A DNA stretch of 64,000 nt from an uncultured Actinomycetota bacterium (GTDB taxonomy: Bacteria; Actinomycetota; Actinomycetes; Mycobacteriales; Micromonosporaceae): contig CAWCQQ010000008.1 of the NCBI GenBank assembly GCA_963797675.1, positions 6,425 to 70,424 of the forward strand. The letters run 5' to 3'. Below, one piece after another: positions 35,728 to 44,299 of this stretch (the stretch's first letter is position 1; each line of letters begins with the position of its first letter). The translations under genes were made by a program, and so were the position numbers. A model generated the notes under the pieces. That model did no database searches and was not told the DNA's origin. It worked only from the letters and a program-made list of their open reading frames with translations.

Positions 35728-37037
35728 ATGAAACACGACGTGATCGTGCTGGGCGCCGGGCTCGGCGGGACTGTCCGCCGCTCGGGATCTCCACCGGGCC
35801 GGCGTCGACGTACTGGTGTTGGAGGCCCGGGACCGGGTCGGCGGCCGGGTCGAGCAGCAGGTGCTCGACGACGGCCGGATCGTGCAGCTCGGCGGCGAGG
35901 TGGTCGGCGGCGCGCATACGTCCTATCTCGGGCTGGTCGCCGAACTCGGGCTCACGCTCGTGCCGAGCTACGTCGCCGAGCCCGGCGAGATCGTCCGGGC
36001 CACCCCGGAGGACGTGTCCGTCGGCGATCCGCCGTCGTGGTTCGGCTCCGGCGATTGGGCTGTCCACGAAGCCGTCACGATGGAGTTCACCACCCTCGCG
36101 ACCAGCGTGGACCCGGACAACCCCTGGGTGCACCCGGACGCGATCAAGCTCGACGCGATCTCGGTCGGCGCATGGCTCCGGACCAACGGTGCGACGCCGG
36201 CCGTCATCCGGCTGTGGGAGATCGGCCAGCTGTCGCTGTCCAGCGGCTCGTACGAGCGGACGTCGATGCTGGCCGCGCTCCGCAAGAACGCCGCCGTACC
36301 GAGCGAATCGCACTACTCGACCGACGACTGGGAAGGCCTGCGCGTGGCCGAGGGCTCCGCGACGGTGGCGCTGCGCATGGCGGCCGATCTCGGCCAGCGA
36401 GTCCGGCTGGGCTCACCGGTCGCCGCGGTGCACATCGGCCCGACATCGACGGTTCGGCTGACCACCGGCGAGACGTTCACCGCCCATGCGGTGGTCAGTG
36501 CGCTGCCGGTCGGACCCCTGCGCGACGTGCACATCACCGGCGTCTCCGACGCACGTCTGGACTCGCTGCATCGCCAGCGGAACGCGCGCGCGGCGAAGGT
36601 GGCCGCCGTCTACGACCGGCCGTTCTGGCGTGACCTCGGCCGCAACGGTCTGTCCGAGAGCGAAGGCGTACTCGGCAGCACCTGGCCTCAGGGGTACGGC
36701 ATCCTGTCCGCGTTGATCCCGCCGGAGCGCCTGTCCGTCCTCACCGGCATCCCCGCCCACCTGCGGCAGCACGAAGCGCTGTCGGAGATCGCCCGCATGT
36801 ACGGCGACGCAGGCGATGTCGCCGTCCGCGTTCTATCTGCGCCTCTGGGGCACCGATCCCTACACCCAGGGGTACGTCACGCAGTGGACCCCGGGCGACG
36901 TCATGGCCGTCGGGCCGCTGCACGCGACGCACGAGCCGCCGTTCTACGTCTGCGGTTCGGATCAGTGGGTCGCCGGATACATGGAAGGCGCGGTACGCAC
37001 CGGGCGCGGCACCGCGGCGGCGGTGCTGGCACGATGA
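35728..37037 (+). pseudogene. Flavin-containing amine oxidase with about 2 frameshifts
   Basis: The N-terminal dinucleotide motif [14 protein letters not shown] is followed in another frame by [12 protein letters not shown]. The C-terminus (WGTDPYTQGY...GSDQWVAGYMEGAVRTG) lies in ORF 36816..37037. Confidence 0.75.
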
Positions 37038-38454
37038 GATTCCTCAACCACATCAACGGAACGGACGTCGCCGCGCAGTCCGGCGCGACGCTCGACATCA
37101 TCGATCCGTCCACTGGCGAGGTCTACGGCACGTCGCCGAATTCAGGAGCGTCCGATGTGGACGACGCTTGCCAAGCGGCGTTGACCGCGCTCGGAAGCTG
37201 GCGCCGGACCACGCCGTCGCAGCGGGCCCGTGCCCTTCTCAAGCTTGCCGACGCGATGGAAGCGCGCGCATCCGACCTGACCAGCGCTGAGGTTACCGAC
37301 ACCGGCAAGCCGATCGCCGCGTTCCGCGACGACGAACTCGAACCCATCATCGACGTGGTCCGGTTCTTCGCCGGTGCGGCCCGCTCGATGACCGGCTCGG
37401 CGACGGGCGTTTACGCGCCCGGATTCACGTCCATGCTCCGGCGCGAACCGATCGGCGTCTGCGCCCAGATCACACCGTGGAACTATCCGCTGATGATGGC
37501 GGTCTGGAAGATCGCGCCCGCGCTCGCGGCCGGCAACACGGTCGTGCTGAAACCGGCCGACACCACACCGGCGTCGGCGGTGCTACTCGCGCAGATCGCG
37601 GCCGAACACCTCCCACCCGGCGTGTTCAACGTCGTCTGCGGCGATCGGGACGCCGGCCGCGCGCTGGTCGAGCACCCGACGCCGCGGATGATCGCGGTCA
37701 CCGGTTCGGTGCGCGCCGGTCGCGAGATCGCCGCCGCAGCCGCCGCCGATCTCAAACGCACCCACCTCGAACTGGGCGGGAACGCGCCGGTGCTGATCTT
37801 CGACGACGTCGACATCGCGGCGACCGCGGAGACGCTGGCCGGCATCGCGTACTACAACGCCGGCCAGGACTGCACGGCGCCGACCCGGCTGCTCGTACAG
37901 GATAAGGTTCATGATCTTTTTGTTCGCGAGTTTGCGCGCGCGGCGTCCGCGCTGCGCACGGGGGCGCCGGCCGAGTCGGGCATCGCGTTCGGTCCGCTCA
38001 ACAACCAGATCCAATTCGATGCGGTACGCGCAACCGTGGCCGCCCTTCCCCCGCACGCGTACGATCGTCTGCGGCGGATCCGCGCTGGACCGGCCCGGCT
38101 ACTTCCACGCAAGCGACCGTCGTCGCCGGCGTGCGTCAGGGCGACGCGATCGTGCAGCGTGAGACGTTCGGACCGGTCGTGACCGTGCAGTCGTTCGCGG
38201 ACGAGACCGAGGCGTACGAGCTGGCGAACGGCGTCGATTTCGGGCTCGCCGCGAGCGTCTGGACCCACGACCATGCGCGCGCGATGCGGGCCGGTCAGGA
38301 GCTGGATACCGGCATCGTGTGGCTGAACACGCACGGTACGACGGTGTCCGAGATGCCGCACGGCGGTACGAAGCACTCCGGCTACGGCAGCGACCTGTCG
38401 ATGCAGGGCCTGCTCGACTACACCCGGGTCAAGCACGTGATGTCCGCGCACTGA
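37034..38454 (+). pseudogene. Aldehyde dehydrogenase (aminobutyraldehyde-dehydrogenase-like) with about 2 frameshifts
   Basis: It has ITPWNYPLMM, VVLKPA, ELGGNAP and the catalytic-Cys context GQDCTAP. After ..ALPPHA the sequence continues in two other frames (IVCGGSALDRPGYFH; TVVAGVRQGDAIVQRETFGPV..GLAASVWT..PHGGTKHSGYG). Confidence 0.85.
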
Positions 38455-38486
38455 GCGGGCTTCGCGGCGAGCCGCCGACCGCTACC

Positions 38487-38909
38487 ATGCGCCGCATGAG
38501 TTTCTCTGAGGAGGTCCGCGCGACCACTCGCATGCTGGCCACGTTTACGCTTGTCATCGGGTTCCTGGTGGCGATCCTGTCGCAGCTCGCGGACTCGACC
38601 GTCGCGTCGTCGGCCGGCCGCACGATCGGTGTGTCGGTGATCACGGTCGGGCTCCTCCTGCGGTTCGAGTCGGTGTTGCGTGTCGGCGAGCCGGTCCGCG
38701 TCGCGTCCGGCGGTGCGTCGGAGCGTGATGCAGCGCGAACCGGCCCGCGGACTCGGTCCGCCGGTGGGCTCTCGATGCTCGCCGGCCTCGTCGTCGAACT
38801 GTTCGGCGTATCCGACCATCCACGTGCGCTGCTGGTCGGTGTGCTGTTCGTGCTCGTCGGCGCGGCGTTACGGATCGAGGCGCTGGTAACCGAGCGGCTC
38901 CGGGGTTGA
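38487..38909 (+). CDS. Hypothetical membrane protein
   Basis: ATG at 38487 lies inside ORF 38319..38909. It has 3-4 hydrophobic spans. No family recognised. Confidence 0.5.
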   Translation: MRRMSFSEEVRATTRMLATFTLVIGFLVAILSQLADSTVASSAGRTIGVSVITVGLLLRFESVLRVGEPVRVASGGASERDAARTGPRTRSAGGLSMLAGLVVELFGVSDHPRALLVGVLFVLVGAALRIEALVTERLRG

Positions 38910-38943
38910 CGCACCTATTGAGTCGGTGTGACAAGATTTTCTG

Positions 38944-39456
38944 GTGGAACCCGACGTAGCTGAAATCGCAGGAGCGACCCTCCGACCGCCGAGCCTGACC
39001 GTCAGCAAGCGCGCGATCGGCTATTGGACGGCCCGTGCGGTCCCGCCATGGCTGGTGATCATCGCGATCGAGATCCTGTGGTGGCTCAACGACACCGCAG
39101 ACGGCACCGCGCACCTGATCGCGCTGATCGTGACCGTCGTCGTGGCGGTCGCGCATCTGATCGTGATGCCGCAGTGGCGGTTCCGCGTGCACCGGTGGGA
39201 GACGACGCCGCAGGCGGTCTACACCCAGGCGGGTTGGTTCAACCAGGAACGCCGGATCGCGCCGATTTCCCGGATCCAGACCGTGGACAGCCAGCGCGGA
39301 CCGTTCGAGCAGATGTTCAAGCTGTCGAACGTGACCGTGACGACCGCGTCGGCGGCCGGCCCGCTGCGGATCCATGGGCTGGACCGCGAGGTGGCGCAGC
39401 GACTCGTCGACGAACTCACGTCGATCACGCAGGCCTCGCAGGGCGATGCCACATGA
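38944..39456 (+). CDS. Bacterial PH-domain protein (YdbS-like, bPH_2)
   Basis: Two N-terminal TM spans are followed by RRIAPISRIQTVDSQRGPFEQMFKLSNVTVTTASA, typical of bPH_2. Confidence 0.75.
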   Translation: MEPDVAEIAGATLRPPSLTVSKRAIGYWTARAVPPWLVIIAIEILWWLNDTADGTAHLIALIVTVVVAVAHLIVMPQWRFRVHRWETTPQAVYTQAGWFNQERRIAPISRIQTVDSQRGPFEQMFKLSNVTVTTASAAGPLRIHGLDREVAQRLVDELTSITQASQGDAT

Positions 39457-41059
39457 GCCAGCCACGAGTCGATGCAAGCGACCGATGTCCGATGGGCCTG
39501 CCCGCCCGTTCGACGAAGTGGATCCCGGCTTCAACGACGGTGACGCCGATGCGGTCGTGGAGGCGCGGCGACGGCTGGCGCCGGCTGAGCCCTCGCATGC
39601 TGCTCGTGCACCCGCTGCAGGAGGCGCGGCGGGTGATCTGGCCGCTGCTCGCCGTGGTCCTGTTCGGGCAGCGGATCGCGGCCGGAGTTGTGGCCGCTGA
39701 TCGGTCTCGCCGTCGTGGTCGTGCTCGGTGTCACGCGATGGTTCACCACCACCTATCGGGTCACGCCGGTCCAGGTGCAGGTCCGACGTGGTCTGCTCTC
39801 GCGGAGCACGATCACGGTGCCGCGCGATCGCGTACGTACGGTCGATCTGACGTCGCATCTGCTGCACCGCGCGCTCGGACTGGCCCGGATCACGATCGGC
39901 ACCGGCCAGACCGACCGGAAGAAGGAAGAGCTTCGGCTCGATGCGCTGACCGTCGCCGCGGCCGAGCGCCTGCGTACCGAGTTGCTGCACGAGCGGCCAC
40001 GGGACCGCCGGAGCCGATCCGGCCGTGCCGGTCACCGCATCGACCGCCGATGGCCGACCGGCCGATCGCGCGGCTGAATCCGGCCTGGGTCCGGTACGCG
40101 CCGTTCACGCTGTCCGGCCTGGTCACGATCGGCGTGTTCGCCGGCTTCACGGCGAACCTCATCAATCAGACGCGGGTCAACGTCGCGAACAATCCGGCGC
40201 TGCAGTCCGCTCGGCGAGACCTGTCCAGCATGTCCTGGGTGACCGCGACGATCGTGATCATCCTGCTGATCATCGTGGTCGTCGTCGGTGCTGTCGGCCG
40301 GCGGGTACATTCTGCAGTTCTGGAACTTCCGGCTGTCCCGGCAGGGCGCGACGCTGCACGTGTCCCGAGGACTCCTGACCACGCGGCAGACCACGATCGA
40401 GGAGCGGCGGCTGCGCGGCGCCGAGATCAGCGAGCCGCTGCTGCTCCGCTGGGTGCACGGCGCCCGCTGCGTCGCGATCACCACCGGCCTTCGGGTCGGC
40501 CGTGGTGCCGAACGCGGCGGTTCGATCCTGATGCCGGCCGCCCCGCCGGCCGAGGTCGACCGCGTCGCCGCCGACGTGCTGGCCACCTCGGCGCCGGTCG
40601 ACGTGGCGCTGTCCAGCACAGCTGCGAAGGCCCGGCGGCGCCGGTTCACGCCGGGCGTTCGAGTTCGCCGCGATCGTCACCGGCATCGGCGCGCTGATCT
40701 GGCTCGCCGGAGGGTCGGAGTGGTTCCCGCTGGTCGCGCTGGTGATGTTCCCGCTCGGCGTCTACTTCGCGATCGACCGCTACCGCAACCTCGGGCACGC
40801 GCTCGTCGACGGATATCTGGTGGCGCGGCAGGGCTCGGCGATCCGCCGCCGGTACATGCTGCACACCGACGGCATCATCGGCTGGAACGAGCGGCAGTCG
40901 TTCTTCCAGCGCCGAGCCGGCGTGGCGACGCTGAAGGCGACGACGGCCGCGGGCCGAGGCGGCTACGAGATCCTGGACATCGAACCCGCGGCGGGCATCG
41001 CGCTGGCGAACGAGGCGACGCCGGGCCTGCTGACCCCGTTCCTCACGTCATCCCTTTAG
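39453..41059 (+). pseudogene. Multi-PH-domain membrane protein (YdbT-like) with at least 4 frameshifts
   Basis: ATG at 39453 overlaps the ydbS-like stop (ATGA). Three bPH_2-like repeats lie in different frames: RVTPVQVQVRRGLLSRSTITVPRDRVRTVDL.., FRLSRQGATLHVSRGLLTTRQTTIEERRLRGAEI.., and RQGSAIRRRYMLHTDGIIGWNERQSFFQRRAGVATL. Confidence 0.7.
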
Positions 41060-41152
41060 GAGATCCTCCCCATGATCTTTCGAGCGGAGTGCGTTTCCGC
41101 AGGTCGTGGCGGTGTCATCCGGTGTTCGGCGGCGTCCCGGACGGCTCGCCTG

Positions 41153-41204
41153 GTGATCCTGTAGAGATAAGGGCGTCATAGCGCCTTTGTCGCTACAGGA
41201 TCAC
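41153..41204. repeat. 12-bp perfect inverted repeat with 28-nt loop in a convergent intergenic region
   Basis: GTGATCCTGTAG (41153-41164) pairs with CTACAGGATCAC (41193-41204). Confidence 0.6.
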
Positions 41205-41371
41205 GGGACGGCCGCGCGACCGCAGCCGGCGCCGACAAGAAGTGCCAGGTCACGGCATTGCCCTGCTTGTTGCCGCCATGATCGCGAAGAGTTAACGGGC
41301 CTGCGGCACCGAAGTCTTCACGATCTTGTCCACCGGCGTCCAAGATCTACCAGACGCAACCGAGTCCATGA

Positions 41372-42319
41372 TCAACTTTTCGTGCCCTGGGCCAGGGCGG
41401 CACCGAGGCGGTCGTACGTGGGAGCCAGGGTGCGCAACGCTGCCGCGGCCGCCGGAAAGTTGCCCGTAACCAGCGGATGCTGGAGCGATCCGACCAGCCG
41501 TGCCTGCGTCGCGGCAACGTCCGCCGCCTCGGCGTAACCGGCCAGCGCCAGGCAGCCGGCGGCGTCGCTGAGTGAGCGCGCGCCACCCCGGACGGCGAAG
41601 TAGATCAGGTGCTCGCGCAGTCCGTTATCGGCGCCCGCCTCGATCATCTGCGCGAGCCGTTCGGCGGCTTCGGCGTTGCCAAGGCTTCCCGGCGGCATCT
41701 CCTTGTCGGTGTGCATGGACAGGAGCTCGATCGCGAACGGGATGATCGATCGGATCGCGTCGGCATCGGACACATCGGCCACCCGACGGAAGCCGGTACG
41801 CATCGTGTACGGCTCGCCGTAGTTGATCGTCTCGGCACGCCAGGCGGCCATGAAGTCGTCGATCGGCACCTCCGCGTACGGATACCCGTGCGGGTCGTGG
41901 ACGAGTACGCGCTCGTCATCGACGTCGAGGACGACCACGTAGTGATCGGCTCCGATCGGCCCGGTCATCTCGGGCTGATGGTGGAGATGCCCCATTTCCA
42001 CGGGACCGACCCAGACCGGTCCCGCCGCCGCGGCCTCGGCGAGACGCGCGCGAGCGGCATCGGACTCGCCGCCACTGGTCACGGTCGATGTCCATCCGAT
42101 CGCGGACAACGCGCGTTCGAAGCCCATTCCAGGGTTCCAGCCGTACGGGTCGAAGAACGGGAGCGTGCCGCCGATGACCTGCATCCCGAACGGGCTGCCG
42201 GTGATGACCTGGATGATCGCCGGCGATGGTGCCCGGTCGCCGAGGAGCATGGCGAAGGAGTTGGCGTAGCAGTAGGGGCCGCTGCCCACGTAGGGGGTGT
42301 GTCGCACGGGAGGGACCAA
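41372..42319 (-). CDS. BtrH-N-like (papain-fold, peptidase-C39-like) domain protein
   Basis: The motifs GPYCYANSFAMLL (candidate Cys), GPVWVGPVEMGHL and ADHYVVVLDVDDERVLVHDPHGYP (candidate His) match my recollection of the BtrH_N/DUF4872 architecture. The start is uncertain (TTG 42319 or GTG 42307). The ORF-track start at 42430 overlaps the upstream gene. Confidence 0.55.
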   Translation of the reverse strand: MVPPVRHTPYVGSGPYCYANSFAMLLGDRAPSPAIIQVITGSPFGMQVIGGTLPFFDPYGWNPGMGFERALSAIGWTSTVTSGGESDAARARLAEAAAAGPVWVGPVEMGHLHHQPEMTGPIGADHYVVVLDVDDERVLVHDPHGYPYAEVPIDDFMAAWRAETINYGEPYTMRTGFRRVADVSDADAIRSIIPFAIELLSMHTDKEMPPGSLGNAEAAERLAQMIEAGADNGLREHLIYFAVRGGARSLSDAAGCLALAGYAEAADVAATQARLVGSLQHPLVTGNFPAAAAALRTLAPTYDRLGAALAQGTKS

Positions 42320-42335
42320 CCGATCTGTTTGCGGG

Positions 42336-43133
42336 TCAGTGGGACAGGGGGTACGCGACGTCGAAGCGCGCGCCCGTACCGGGGTAGATCTCGTACGGAT
42401 GCCCGGCGCACGTGACGTCCGGTCGGGCATCGGTCCAGGCTTCGATCGCGTCGTACGCGCGGAAGATCAGCGGGAAGTCCTCGTACGCCGGCGGGACCGG
42501 CAGGTAGACCTCGCGATGTGCCGGAGTCAGCCGGATGTGCAGATCGTCGACCGGCTCGACGCTGCCCTGATAGGCGACGGCGACCTCGACGACGCGTTCG
42601 GTGTCCGGTGTCACGAGACCGGTGAAGGTCACGATTTTCGGACCGTCGCCGGACAGCCCGGAGGCTCGCAGGTGGGCTCGGATCTCGCGCTCGGCATTCT
42701 GGTTCAGATCAGGTAGGGCCGCCGTGTCAACCTGGCGGCTGCGGCACAGAACTTTGGTCGCGGGTACGTGCCTGATCGCGACGGCGGCGGTCAGGGCATC
42801 GTCGTCCACGCTCCCGCGGACCAGCTCCGCGAGGACTGCCTGTTCGTCAAGTTCCGTCCGCCGAGCCCGGAGCCAGCCGCGCAGCTCGATCTCGCGCGCC
42901 TCCGGCGTGAGGTCGGCCAGGAACGCGATGCGGGCCAGCGGCAGCCCGAGCCGGCGCAGCCGGCCGATCAAGCGGGCGCGTGGCAGCTGATCCGGCGCGT
43001 AGTAGCGGTAGCCGGTGACCAGATCCTGGTTGGCCGGGAGCAACAGTCCCTGTTCGGCGTAGAGGCGCAGCGCTTTCGGTGACAGCCGTGCGGCCGCCCC
43101 GAACTCGCCCGCCAGGAGGAATTTCCGATCCAT
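42336..43133 (-). CDS. MerR-family regulator with GyrI-like effector-binding domain
   Basis: It has an N-terminal HTH (FLLAGEFGAAARLSPKALRLYAEQGLL.P......GYRYY) and a coiled-coil linker. The C-terminal ~150 aa look GyrI-like. Confidence 0.85.
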   Translation of the reverse strand: MDRKFLLAGEFGAAARLSPKALRLYAEQGLLLPANQDLVTGYRYYAPDQLPRARLIGRLRRLGLPLARIAFLADLTPEAREIELRGWLRARRTELDEQAVLAELVRGSVDDDALTAAVAIRHVPATKVLCRSRQVDTAALPDLNQNAEREIRAHLRASGLSGDGPKIVTFTGLVTPDTERVVEVAVAYQGSVEPVDDLHIRLTPAHREVYLPVPPAYEDFPLIFRAYDAIEAWTDARPDVTCAGHPYEIYPGTGARFDVAYPLSH

Positions 43134-43188
43134 GAGGGCAGTGTGCGGCGTGCCCGTGGGGCGAGGTCAAGCTCGTTGACCGTACGGG

Positions 43189-43635
43189 TCAGGAGTGGTC
43201 GTCCGGGCGCTGGCGGTTGCGTTTGATGTCAGCGGTCCGGCGCTTTGCGGTGATCCGGCGCTCGATCGAGCCCTTGGACGGCTTCGTCGGATGCCGTCGG
43301 GCCGGCGGCGGTGCGATCGCTTCGGCCACGATCGAGGCCAGCCGGCGCTCGGCGATCTGCCGGTTCTGCAGCTGCGCGCGCTCCTCCGAGACGACCACCG
43401 ACAGCACGCCGTCGATCAGGCGCTTGGCGAGGCGTTCGGTGGCGCGTACCCGTAATGGTTCGGGCAGTGCGGCGCTCGCCGCGAGGTCCCAGCGGAGCTC
43501 GACCCGCGAATCCGCGGTGTTGACGCCCTGACCGCCCGGACCGCTGGACCTGGAGAAACGCCAACGGAGCTCGCCGCGGGGGATCACGATCGATCCGCGC
43601 ACGACAAGCCCGTCAGAGGTAAACGGCGCGGTCAC
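43189..43635 (-). CDS. arfB: Alternative ribosome-rescue factor ArfB (peptidyl-tRNA hydrolase, GGQ family)
   Basis: 148 aa with the GGQ motif (SSGPGGQGVNTADSRVELRWD) and a basic C-terminal tail (KRRTADIKRNRQRP). Confidence 0.85.
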   Translation of the reverse strand: MTAPFTSDGLVVRGSIVIPRGELRWRFSRSSGPGGQGVNTADSRVELRWDLAASAALPEPLRVRATERLAKRLIDGVLSVVVSEERAQLQNRQIAERRLASIVAEAIAPPPARRHPTKPSKGSIERRITAKRRTADIKRNRQRPDDHS

Positions 43636-43771
43636 GCCGCAACGATGTCACCACCGAGCCGGTCGGCGCCAAAGAAATAACGATGATCGGATACTTTCGT
43701 CGCTAATAATCCCAAAAGTCTAGATCCGGCGGGTAGATGATTAGGGTGCCTAAGTATTAGGGTGAGGAACT

Positions 43772-44266
43772 GTGAGCCAGATGAACAGTTCCGATGACCG
43801 CGTGGCCGCGGTCCGCGTGCTCGCCCGGCTGCACCGGATGCTGGAGGCGACCGACTCCGGATTGACGCTGCCGCAGTATCGGGTGCTGGCGGCCGTTGCC
43901 CAGGGTGGCGTGCGATCGGCCCATCTCGCGGAGCGTCTGGCCGTCCGGCGGCCGACGCTGACCGCGATCGCCGACGGGCTGGTCGCTGCGGGCTATGTGT
44001 GCCGGCAGAGCGAAGAGGGCGACCGGCGGGTCGTCCGGCTCTACGCAACCGACGCCGGCCGCTCCATTTTGGCCGCGGCAGACGAGGCGTACGCGGCCCG
44101 ATTCGGTCGGCTTCTCGACGAAATACCGCACCCCGACGCGTTTGTTGCCGCTCTTGTGAGCGTCGGTGACGCCCTCGACGCGAGGCTGCGCGCTGACCTC
44201 CCTCTCCCCGAAACCCACCACAAAGCTGATCTCCCCGGAACCACTGATCTCCCGAGAACCGACTGA
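43772..44266 (+). CDS. MarR-family transcriptional regulator
   Basis: It has a winged-HTH core (LTLPQYRVLAAVAQGGVRSAHLAERLAVRRPTLTAIADGLVAAGYVCRQSEEGDRRVVRLYATDAGR). The start is GTG 43772 or ATG 43781. The C-terminal tail is encoded by the DNA repeats at 44226-44278. Confidence 0.85.
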   Translation: MSQMNSSDDRVAAVRVLARLHRMLEATDSGLTLPQYRVLAAVAQGGVRSAHLAERLAVRRPTLTAIADGLVAAGYVCRQSEEGDRRVVRLYATDAGRSILAAADEAYAARFGRLLDEIPHPDAFVAALVSVGDALDARLRADLPLPETHHKADLPGTTDLPRTD

Positions 44267-44278
44267 TCTCCCCGGAAC
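44226..44278 (+). repeat. Three direct copies of a 16-nt motif (period 18-19 nt) upstream of the ABC exporter gene
   Basis: The copies are CTGATCTCCCCGGAAC (44226), CTGATCTCCCGAGAAC (44244) and CTGATCTCCCCGGAAC (44263). They end 22 nt before the GTG at 44300. Confidence 0.7.
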
Positions 44279-44299
44279 GCACGAAAATGAGGCTGCACT

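Noticed and set aside
38641-40035. 464-aa minus-strand ORF
   Set aside because: It is antisense to the ydbS/ydbT-like genes and is a low-complexity Arg/Pro/Ala shadow frame.
41187-41537. 116-aa plus ORF in and beyond the 41.1-41.4 kb gap
   Set aside because: It runs antisense into the BtrH-like gene. It is Arg/Ala-rich with no start context.
43163-43179. Palindrome GGTCAAgctcgTTGACC between arfB and the MerR-GyrI gene
   Set aside because: It has a 6-bp stem only. It could be a weak terminator of arfB or a MerR site, and there is not enough evidence to call either.
44226-44278. Possible CRISPR array
   Set aside because: There are only three 16-nt copies separated by 2-3 nt. There are no spacer-sized unique segments and no cas genes. 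I treat it as a regulatory direct repeat.
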